NCBI GenBank assembly: GCA_001938485.1
Contig: MQRK01219226.1
Location: 1-53,039, forward strand
Direction: 5' to 3'
DNA: 53,039 nt
Source: Girardia tigrina
Taxonomy: Eukaryota
Numbering within the stretch: position 1 is the first letter of the stretch; each line of letters starts with the position of its first letter. Positions 25,829-37,800 of the stretch are shown here, piece by piece. The position numbers and the translations under genes are program-made. The notes below the pieces were generated by a model that did not search any database, was not told where the DNA came from, and saw nothing but the letters and a program-made list of their open reading frames with translations.

Positions 25829-28800
25829 CTTAACTCGAATTTTGTTTGTAGACAAACCAAATATTATCCCACCTTTAACCACCCCATCATAAACATGAAT
25901 TGAAAAATGGTAAAGACCGGAATATAAAAATCGACTTCATGTCCAATTATTCTCTGAAGAGGATCAACAAACTGAGCGGCAAATAAATGAACAAGGAAAT
26001 ACGAATAAACGGCGATTACGACGACCTAATTTTGTTATCATATATTATTTAACTATTTCATTATATATAATTTATAATTCAAATTGACAAGACTTTCGTT
26101 TAAGATAAAGCTTCAATAAAGTTAATTAAATGAAAATTAAAAAAATATAAAAGTACTTTTACTAAAAAATAAATACACCTAATTCTGTTTTTACGCGATA
26201 GATACGTTCCAGAAGAATTCGTGTAAAAGAAAATCGTGTAAAAACAGAATTAGGTGTACCGTATTTTTCTCGATTTAATGGCGCCCTTGATTAAGTTTCT
26301 GCCATTTTAGCACATTCATCAATATCTTTATCTGCCTCTTCATTTGTAGGTACATCCCCGTTTTTAGAAAGGCATTGATATCAATTTTAAAAAACGATTA
26401 AAAAAATTAACACAAAAAATACATTTTAATAAACTATGGGTCGTTTATTCGAGGAAATACGGTAAGTGTTGTTTTTTTGGAATAATATTATATTTATATA
26501 AAATAAATATAATATTTATATTTGGAAAAATATTTGGGAATTAGCATAAAAAGAGATCTACTTATAAATTATGAGTAGTTTATATTACACAAAAAATTAA
26601 TTGAAAAACAAATAAATTCAAATAAACCGATTTAAAATCTAACTAGTAAATCAAAAAATATTTTTGTATCCATATTTATACCGGTGGAACTCGGCTTCGC
26701 CAACAGAATTTTTTAATTTTTTATTGTTTTTTTGAAAATATTTTTATTTGTCCAAGTAAAGTTCTATCTACATAAAGAATGAATATTGAAAATTTTTGAT
26801 ATAGTTTTTAGAAAGGCATTTGATATCAATTTTAAAAAACGATTAAAAAAATTAACACAAAAAATACATTTTAATAAACTATGGGTCGTTTATTCGAGGA
26901 AATACGGTAAGTGTTGTTTTTTTGGAATAATATTATATNNNNNNNNNNNNNNNNNNNNNNNNNNNNNNNNNNNNNNNNNNNNNNNNNNNNNNNNNNNNNN
27001 NNNNNNNNNNNNNNNNNNNNNNNNNNNNNNNNNNNNNNNNNNNNNNNNNNNNNNNNNNNNNNNNNNNNNNNNNNNNNNNNNNNNNNNNNNNNNNNNNNNN
27101 NNNNNNNNNNNNNNNNNNNNNNNNNNNNNNNNNNNNNNNNNNNNNNNNNAGCAATTTATAAAAAAAATATTTTTAAAAATGAAAAAAGAACTTTATAAAA
27201 ATTAAAAAATGTGTCATATAAATTTTAATTTGTTTTATTAATTGAAATTACTAAGTTCTATTTACATTCATACAAAGTAATTTCCAGTTTAATTCTTATT
27301 TATTTTTCAAGTTTAAGACAAGTTCAAAACAAAAGCACCAAATAGTAGGTGTAAACCAATATTGGGCGCCTTTTCAATTTTTTTTCCACCTACTATTAAA
27401 ATAGTAGGTGTCCTACTATTTCATGTTATCCGTTAGTTTAAAATTAATAAGTTTCGTTTTTATTAAAAAGTTTGTTTCCAGTATTAAAACTTGAAAAATA
27501 TTTTAATTTTCCATAAAAAATGATTTGTTTTAAATATATTTAAAAACAATATATTTCGGCAATATACATCAGCTTATTGTAAATTTTTGATTAGCTGGAC
27601 TTTATGCAATCGATTACACAATCATCATTTTTGTATTTATATACAGGTGAAGAAAATCATTAATCAGTGACCCGAAGATGACGGTGGATACGTCGATATA
27701 TTGTTTTTAAATATTTTTTTAATCGATAAATTTGGTTTTTATTAAAAAAATTTTATCCGGATTTAAGCTTATAAATAAAACTTTTTCATAAAACAACATT
27801 TGAGATGAACTACTGTTTAGTAATACGTATTAAAAATAGAAAACCAAATATAAAAAATATTAAATAGTAATTAATAAAACAATAAATGGAAAAACTCACT
27901 TGAGTATAAACAAGAGGAATCAAAATGTTGCTGTAAATCTGAAGATTCTGCATCTGCTCCCGCAACTCCTCAACCTCCTGTCGAGAGAGATTTTATTGTT
28001 TTATATTGTAAGGTAAGATTATAAATATTAAATAAATTAGTTTTGATTTTTCTTTTAATATTAAATTATTTGCCGTTTTAAATGATATATTTATTGAAGA
28101 TATTAATGTTTATTAGGACAAGTACATCTGCCTTTGCCAAATCACCAGCCTGAAATACGAGTGAGGTAAACAAATTTATCAATTTTCTTTGTGGGGATAA
28201 TGTTTATACAAATGTTTCTAGGTGATTTTATTAGTAGTTCAACGTATCTGAATTATTAGAAAAAAAGAATAGAAAGACCTCATTCAGACTCGTCATTGTT
28301 CGGGGATCACTGATGAATCCATGAAGGAAGCATTTATGGATAATCCGCGATGCCCATTGAATGGGTACCCAATATTCCGGCTCATATCGAACTTTGTTCC
28401 TCTGATTATACTTTCTTGCGATTCTCTCGAATGCCCGGATCTCCGAGGGGGTTATTATCTTCTTAAATGTCTGGCGAATTTCTATGAAAACGTAAATCAA
28501 GATATTATTTATTAATGAAATTTTTTATACTTTTCAAAACTTGTGAAAATATTCCAAAACTACTTTCATTGAAAAAAGATAATTTAATAAAAGTTCCAGT
28601 AAGTTTAGTTTCAATTTATAACAATTCCCCGTACAAAAACTTAATTTTATAAAATTTTATTGCTTAAAATAATGATGAAATGCAGAACTGGCAAAGAGAC
28701 GGTCTTGAACGAAAGGACCTTAATACTTGCTAAAATCGCAATTAAAATATATAAATAAAAGCATTTACGGTTGTTGTTTTTAAAGTCGATCATGATTGTT

Positions 28801-31800
28801 GAAGCATTACTGTTAGGCATCTGACGCTTCAGTTCTACTAAAAGCATGTTGTATGGTGCGATCTTTTTATTTCCAAGTAGGCAATAAATGACTGTAGGAT
28901 TCCACTGCTCTGCAAATTAAAAGTGCAGTGTGTTTATTTAATGAGAGAGATTAGTTTCATCTGCTAATCACATCGTCGGTCTGCTTTGTCTTTGTCTCAG
29001 GCTAAATTTTCTGTGTCTGCATATAACAGAGCCTGCATTTTGGAAAATTCCATCAGTACTGAGTCAAGCAGCTGAATGATAAGTCAGCTGGCAAAGACTT
29101 CCTCCCGTGTAGTAATTTGGTACTTTTCCATCATGGTGGTATTACTTAGGATGTTAAATTAAGGCTTATGTGCCTGTTTTTATTTGAGCAGGATACTTTG
29201 TAGAATCCTCACATGTGTTCCATGCTGAAATTATTATTATGATACCTAAATCTAGGCCATTTCAACATAGCAAAGTATGTTTCCCTCGCTATTCCACAAC
29301 CTAGGATTTATAAATGGAAAAATATTCCATGTGATACGTGCTTATATAACAGCCTAAAGTTGGCTTTAATCAATATATATATATATACAGTGCGGTTCAT
29401 AAGTAAGTTCGCACCCTAACAATTTCAATATATCTCAATAAAACGATGAAAAAGTCTTTATTATTTTAATTGCATTGTTTAAAATGATTNNNNNNNNNNN
29501 NNNNNNNNNNNNNNNNNNNNNNNNNNNNNNNNNNNNNNNNNNNNNNNNNNNNNNNNNNNNNNNNNNNNNNNNNNNNNNNNNNNNNNNNNNNNNNNNNNNN
29601 NNNNNNNNNNNNNNNNNNNNNNNNNNNNNNNNNNNNNNNNNNNNNNNNNNNNNNNNNNNNNNNNNNNNNNNNNNNNNNNNNNNNNNNNNNNNNNNNNNNN
29701 NNNNNNNNNNNNNNNNNNNNNNNNNNNNNNNNNNNNNNNNNNNNNNNNNNNNNNNNNNNNNNNNNNNNNNNNNNNNNNNNNNNNNNNNNNNNNNNNNNNN
29801 NNNNNNNNNNNNNNNNNNNNNNNNNNNNNNNNNNNNNNNNNNNNNNNNNNNNNNNNNNNNNNNNNNNNNNNNNNNNNNNNNNNNNNNNNNNNNNNNNNNN
29901 NNNNNNNNNNNNNNNNNNNNNNNNNNNNNNNNNNNNNNNNNNNNNNNNNTCTCTACGTTTAGGTTGCCATTTATTCTTTTCAGTACTCCAACGCCAAATT
30001 TCGAAAAACAAGATAAAGAGGTGCGTCGTATTAAACGTTTTGAACGTTCCGACAATTTATGAGGTCTGATTAACTGATTATTAGCAAAATTGTAAATGAA
30101 CCAAAATGTCAATATTCTCTCGAATTTTAATTAGTAAATATTCAGGTCATTCAAAGTATGTGGAATATTTTAAATTGTGTATGGATGAGGTGCGTTTATT
30201 TGAGTGTGTTAAAATCGGAATTGTTATTCTCTCACTCTGTTGGAAAATTGGTGTGAGAAGTATTTGTGACAATATCAAAATTCATTTTACTCAAATTATA
30301 TCTTTATTATAAAACAACATTCAAACAAAATTTCCCACTATTTTCCTAATTAATGGTTAATCCGCTGATCTCTATTTTCAAATAATTTTTCATATATTTA
30401 TAATTTTAATTAAGTGACAACAACATTCAACTTTTTTAAATATTTAAACAAAAATATTTATCAAGTGATTTTACATATATTACATAATCTTTTTTAAATA
30501 ATCTTTTTTAAAACTATTTAAATTTTGATCAGCACTCCAAAAATTAATTACTTCCTCATATCCCCCTTTTTTTAAGAATTTCTTCAGTTTTTCCACATTT
30601 CGATCCAAGATTTTTCCATTTTCATTTCGCAATCTGTATTTTCTGTCATGTATTTTCTCAATCACTACATATGGTCTTTCGTATTTGTCTTTTTCTTTTA
30701 CTCCGGTGTCGAACTTCACCAGCACACTATCTCCGATCCCGAACTGTCTCCTGACGGGTACCTCTTCTGTATCGGTGTTGTGAGTCGTCTTTATTTCTCG
30801 ACTATGCCATCTTTCTCTGTATATTTTTTTACCAAATATAACTTCCACCGGGCTCTTTTCTATTGTCTTCTGGAATGTTGCGTTTAGAGTGAATTCTATT
30901 TCTGGTAATAGGGTTTCCCAATCAGTCTCTATTTTTTCTCGCAGTGACGCATTTCAATATTCTCTGATGGTCCGGAAACATCTCTCAACTATTTCATTCG
31001 AGTTGTGATGGTATGGGCTCGAGTAACACATTTTTATATTCATTGATTCTGCCATGTCTTTGATTACCTTCAATTCGAATGTCTTGCAACAATCTGTATG
31101 TATTTCCTTCAGGGCTCCAAATCTCAAGATCCATTTGGTCATTATGGTGTCTTTTATAGTTATTTTATCCTGCTTCCTAATGGCTGTCATATATATGTAC
31201 TTACTAAACTGATCTATGATTGCAACAATATACTTTTTCTTTCTCCAAGTCTCCTTTAGTGGTTCGCATATGTCTATGTACACTTTCTTGAATGGTTCAT
31301 TTGCGACCAGTGTCACCCGTTTTTCCTTCGTAGCGATCGTTAGTGTTTTACTTTTTTGGCATGCTTCACATTGTCCAATTACTTCTTTTATTATTTCATT
31401 TCGATTGATCATGTCATAATTTTCTGAGATGTATTTCGTTACTTTCTCTGCGCCCGCGGGCAACAAAATATTGTATGTATTTGTTCTTATTATGCCGTCT
31501 TCAATCGTAAGCTTTCTGTCTTTACCTGAACTTGAGTATCTTTTAATTTCTTCTATTTCTTCTTGTTGATATTTGAATATCTGCAATGTGTCCAGCACGT
31601 TGATTCTTCGAGTCTTTATCTTCATCATTTTAGCATCTTCATGAGCCATCAAACGTTGCGTACATGTATCACATTCCGAGACCACATATCCGCGTTGGAA
31701 TGATCTGTTCCTTTTCTGTATTCTAAGTGTATGTCCAGGCTTGATAAATAATTTATCCATGTCTGAAATTGCGCCGTTATCGGTTTTTTTGTTTTAACCA

Positions 31801-34800
31801 TATACATAATTGCCTTATGATTTGTTCTCAAAGTGAATCGATTCCCGTATAAATAATGATTAAAATGCTGACAGAAGTAATACATTGCCAACAGCTCTTT
31901 CCTAGTAATGCAGTATCCTTTTTCATGATTATTCATGGAGTGTGAACCATATTTGCGATAACCAATCATTCGAACAGAATTTACGTTTTTCAAATGAATG
32001 TAAATTTAATAATCCGTCCACGCTCTCGGCCATCAACACAAATTGTCTTTGAGATCCTCTGGGAGAACTGAATTTACTGGAGACTAAACTCGGCGAGATG
32101 CATCCGGCATCGAACCTCAGTCCTAGACCACCTCGAGCTCCCTGCGAATTGTCCTGCGTTTCCAATTGCGATCATGTCGTCCCTCCGAATCATCCGTATT
32201 TCCTCCGAGGTAAAACCGCCGACCAGCCGGTCCTGTCGCCCCCTGCATGATCTCCTCGGGCACTACCACCGGCGTCTACATCCCCCTCAGAGCGGCCACC
32301 ACACTCCCAACATGAAACCGATCGGACAGGCACCCTCAGTGATCTCTTTTAATCCCTTTTGATGATCACGCGCACCAGCTTAGTCGCCGTCTGCTCCCAA
32401 TAGTCCCAGAACGACTCTCAACGGATCCTGTCAAACTTGCTGCAACTGCCAAAGCCGAGAGAATCGCCGTCTCTGGTGTAATCACAGTTTTGCCGTGATA
32501 GCTTGTAAGAAAGCAAAACACAAGGCAGTTGCAGCGAGATTTATTTCGAATACAAAAACTATCGTGACGAATCACCGATTCAAACAAATGAGATTAACAT
32601 TTCTACACAAAATGTGAAATTATAGAAAGTTAATAGTTGGGTATATTGCGTAAAAAACATGTTTTTGTATGAGTTATAAGTTTGTATAAGTTATATATGA
32701 GTTTGTATGAGATATAAAACAATTATATACAATCATCCTCTGTTATTTAATTGCTTTTGTATAGGTCTAAAATTCTTTTTTTTATATTCAATCACACAAA
32801 ATAGGCTCTTTCACTAATTTTGTAAAATTTCTGTAAAGCTTGTAATTTCATAGAACCATTTTATAAAAAATGTTTTGTATTTTCTTTTGAATGCTAATAT
32901 AATAACCGCATCTAGAAGTTGAATTTTTGAAGTATTATTTGTGGGCAAAAGGATCATTTCAATATTCATGAAAACCATCGTGTTAACAATATGAGGGGGT
33001 GCATTATCTAATAACAATAAAAATTTTCGGTTTTCTTTCCCCGACGATGCATCAAATTTTCGTTCCCACCTTTGAAAAATGTTTGCCTTCATCCACGCGC
33101 TTTCATTGGCATAATAATCGATTCCTACATTTTTGTGTTTATTCCTATAAAACATCTTGGTTTTGAAGATTTCCTGATTATTAATGATGGAAGTTTGCTT
33201 TTGCCTCTAGCATTACAACAAAAGGAAATCGTTACTCACTCTTCAACCTTTTTTCTTTCCTACATTTTTTAGATGCTAATGTTTATTTAGGTTGCATCCA
33301 AAAACAAATACGTCTCATCCATGTTATAAACATCATCAAAACGATATATATCAATTTTTTCTCTCAATTTGGAAAGACTAAGATTGATGACGCCTTGATC
33401 AACTGACTCCATCTCTCCACAGAATTTTGAAGAGATATTCCATGTCGGTTTTTGAATAATAACAGCCACCCTTCAGATAATTTCAAATCATAATCATCAA
33501 TTTTCAGCTTGAGCTTCAAAAATGCTGCTTCTTGTCGAACCATTTCATCACAGATAATAATATCTTTCTGGTTTTTGTAAAACCAGTCTCTTAGCTCCTC
33601 ATCAAATTTTGCGTGCTTAGGTTTTTGAAAACGCATACTGTCCTTTATAAATTCCTTTCTGAGAAAATTCTCTAATTTTTTTAATATTTTTGATATTGTA
33701 CTTCTGTTTATACTCTTCACGAAATTGCTTTGTATCCATTCAACTATTTTTTTTGTGTAACATCTTTTTCCGTTGCATGATTTATTAACTTAAGTTTCTC
33801 ATCATTTATCAAAGAAATGTTTTTTTTAACATTCAAATTTTCCGATTTGTTAAAATTTTTCCTATTGGCAGTGTTGGGTTATTAGTCTTCCTAAACTGAA
33901 AAATAAATTACTAACAAAAATAAACTCCCTTAATTTTCATAATTCAAAATGTACTTATATCAAAACAGTTTATTAAAACAAGATTTTATTATTTTCAATA
34001 AAAATGCTGTTTTTTATTAAAATAGTAAAAACTTATTTTACAGAAATTATGTTTTTAAGACTGTGAAATTATAAAAAAATTGCTATCTTAACACTGTGAC
34101 TTGGTTTTTTCACTTTGTCTGTGAAATTACATAGTTTGTTAAATAATAGAGTAGAAAATTATAATAAATGTAACAATAAGTAGAATGATGACGAATGGTT
34201 TAAGAACTTCCGAGAGTTTTGATGATTCTAATATGATAATAATAAATGTTTGCATAGTAATTGAGTCTGTGCTTTTAACACAAAGCATTTTATAAACTAC
34301 GCATAACACGACAATAATCGATTTGCAAAGGCACAAAAATACTCGCTCATTATTTTAAATAAATAAATTATTATTCTTTTAATGTTCATTATTTTTTAAT
34401 TTTAATTTATTTAATTATTTAAAATTGTTTAATTATTTATTTTACTTAATTATTTATTAATAAATTTTTCTCCGATATCGGCCAATGTTCGGTTTGTGCA
34501 TCTCTTATTCCTCTTCAATAACACTATTTTAAATTATGTAACCATGTCTTCATAAAATGATATATAATGGCTTAAGAGTACTGAACGGAACTGTTAATGA
34601 GTTTTTAAAATCTATTTAACCCTTTCTCTCGCATTGTTGTTTTACAACAACATTAAGTTTATTAGCTGAGAAATTTTAAGCAACAGAAATTCCGCTATTT
34701 ATTTTAGTGTTGTGCTACAACAACATTGCGAATATTTATATTGATTTAGGGAAACTTAAATGAATTAATTTTATGTTTTCAGACTTGAAGTGTAATTAAA

Positions 34801-37800
34801 AATAACATTTAAGTTTAAGAATTATAATTTTTTTTAAATAATTTGGGAAATAAAGGGTTAAGTCCTACGTTTTTGTCTTTTTTATTTAAATCATTGTTAA
34901 GTGTAATAATAAATTACTTTCGTCAGAGTTAATATTTTCTAAAATGTCGCAAATATAGGAGCCATCGTTGCAGCGCTTTTTATTTGTCTTGTTTGTCTTC
35001 TGTTGAAATCGAACTTTGATTTGGGCACTTATGTTCCTCATTAGGAGAATCCAAGCTAAATTCATGTACCTCATGATGATGAGTCTCACCCGCCTCGATT
35101 TTATGGGACCGTTCCCAATAATTATACTCTGGAAAGATTGGAAAAGACAATATTTAATAATAATATAAATAATACCTGACAGATAAACGCGATTTTATTC
35201 AACCAAGGGATACACAAATACATCTTCCACCATCTTCCGATGATTCCAGCAACAAAAAATCCCAACAAGAATGATAAAGGAATATTGTTTTTTTTACTAT
35301 CACAAAATTTAACAATTTCTTCAAAGATTCTGCAAAATATTTGTTGCCATAAAAATTAATTATTAATAAACATAAATAATCTCAAATCGAATCCAAATGT
35401 CAATTCGAATATTTCCATTAATAAATTAATTTAACGGTTATTTTATTTAATAAATTACCGATTTATTGTGGAAAAATGTCAAAATTTTAAAAAATGCATT
35501 TTTATAATTTATAAATTAAATTTAATAATTAATTCAATTTAAATTAAAATAATAATTATAGAGATAAGTTGAAATTAGAAATTTAATTTGACAAATGTTT
35601 TTATTGATTCAGTAAAATTCGGTAATCTTCCTTTTCTTCAATTTACTCAGTTTTAAAATGATTCAACAAAGTTCAATTTAAACAAATTACTTAATTAATT
35701 ACATTTCCAATTTATCGTTACAAATTAGCGCGCTTGAAAATTTTGTTATTTTAAACAAAAGTATTAAAAAAGTGGTCACCATGTTTGTTTTATATAGAAT
35801 TACACAATGAAATCGCTTAACAAAATATATTTGATAATTAAAACAAAAGCACAAAAATGCGAGGATTGATAATGAAATAATTGGAACCACATTTAATCAA
35901 TTTTATATAGGTTAATATTTAGTTGAGTGATTGTAATTTTGAATAATAATTTACTAATAATAGTATTCTGTCAAACACCAATAAAACGATAACTTTTTAT
36001 TATATGTATTATTAGTTAATATTTAGTTGCACAAACTATAAGGCAACGCATTTCTTGTAACCGGTGAAGCATTGGTGCTATTAAATTAGCACAAATGTCA
36101 ATTGGAATTTTGTGTATCCGACTTTCATAATTTCAGCCATTAGTTTTCTTTTGGTATCAAACGTTTTTGTACCTTTATCCTTGACCACAATGGTGCATAA
36201 ATTTGGATTGGCTCATTTGTGAACTGTTGTCAAAGCAGTGTTGTAACAGGGTTGTGCAGATGGTATAGCCTCAAAACTACTGGTCGGTGACAGGATTTAC
36301 CCTAACACGTAATTCGGCGATAATTTTTGAGAGATGGTACAAAATAAATCCACATAACTTCCATAGATTATCAGGTCCACAAGAGGAAAATATTGGAAAA
36401 CAAGTTTTTGATATGCTAATATCATTTGTTTTAAGATCGTTGCGAAAAAGTTGCATAGTTTTCTATTGTAAATTTATTGTCAAACATCATCATATCCATG
36501 CGAAAGATATTGTTTTTAAGAGAAATTAAGAGTAAAATAATAACAATTAGAAAGCTTTATTACTCTCTGAAATCTCCTATAAGGCACAATGATTCAGAAA
36601 TATTTTTCTTTTGTGGAAAATTTCTCTGTATTTATAAAAGGTAGACAAATATACTACAAACAACGCCCGGTACCAATTCATGATTCAGAAGATGCTTATT
36701 TTATCAATATGTAAAATAAATAACCTTTGCTTAAACAATTTTTTATTAAAACCTTAGGCGATTCTGATGCCCAATGTTACATCAGGTAAATAATAAATAA
36801 ATCTGTTTGGAAAAAATTTAAAAGTGGACTTAAAAGAAAGAAAAGATTCGCCATTTCAAAATATTTTATTGTGATAATATATATCGATGGTTTACCGTCA
36901 TCTTCAGATCACTGATTTTCAGCATTTTTTGCTTACTTACAGGGTGCGGCAGCTATTTGAGAACAAAATGACATAAAGTTCAAAAAATGAATATACAACA
37001 GAAAAATAACATTTATTACAATTTAAAATTTTACATATATTAACACGTACANNNNNNNNNNNNNNNNNNNNNNNNNNNNNNNNNNNNNNNNNNNNNNNNN
37101 NNNNNNNNNNNNNNNNNNNNNNNNNNNNNNNNNNNNNNNNNNNNNNNNNNNNNNNNNNNNNNNNNNNNNNNNNNNNNNNNNNNNNNNNNNNNNNNNNNNN
37201 NNNNNNNNNNNNNNNNNNNNNNNNNNNNNNNNNNNNNNNNNNNNNNNNNNNNNNNNNNNNNNNNNNNNNNNNNNNNNNNNNNNNNNNNNNNNNNNNNNNN
37301 NNNNNNNNNNNNNNNNNNNNNNNNNNNNNNNNNNNNNNNNNNNNNNNNNNNNNNNNNNNNNNNNNNNNNNNNNNNNNNNNNNNNNNNNNNNNNNNNNNNN
37401 NNNNNNNNNNNNNNNNNNNNNNNNNNNNNNNNNNNNNNNNNNNNNNNNNNNNNNNNNNNNNNNNNNNNNNNNNNNNNNNNNNNNNNNNNNNNNNNNNNNN
37501 NNNNNNNNNNNNNNNNNNNNNNNNNNNNNNNNNNNNNNNNNNNNNNNNNNNNNNNNNNNNNNNNNNNNNNNNNNNNNNNNNNNNNNNNNNNNNNNNNNNN
37601 NNNNNNNNNNNNNNNNNNNNNNNNNNNNNNNNNNNNNNNNNNNNNNNNNNNNNNNNNNNNNNNNNNNNNNNNNNNNNNNNNNNNNNNNNNNGTAAGAGTA
37701 GCTTCTGCCATGTCTACCAGCAAAAATAAAATTATGTAATTATAACACACAAAAAGATATGGTGTCTATATTACGTGTTCTCAAATAGCTGCCGCACCCT

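Noticed and set aside
26362-26938. ~130-bp near-identical direct repeat (about 26362-26493 vs 26805-26938)
   Set aside because: The second copy abuts an N gap; probably a scaffolding overlap artefact or a simple local duplication of a MITE end.
32000-32590. GC-rich segment with degenerate CWECGG..CP (possible gag knuckle/LTR); similar GC-rich patches at 13690-14350 and 51530-51730
   Set aside because: Probably retroelement debris, but too decayed to assign boundaries or family.
26786-37750. ORFs in the track containing long X runs (26786, 26911, 26933, 29435, 29466, 29475, 37040)
   Set aside because: They are open only because they cross N gaps.
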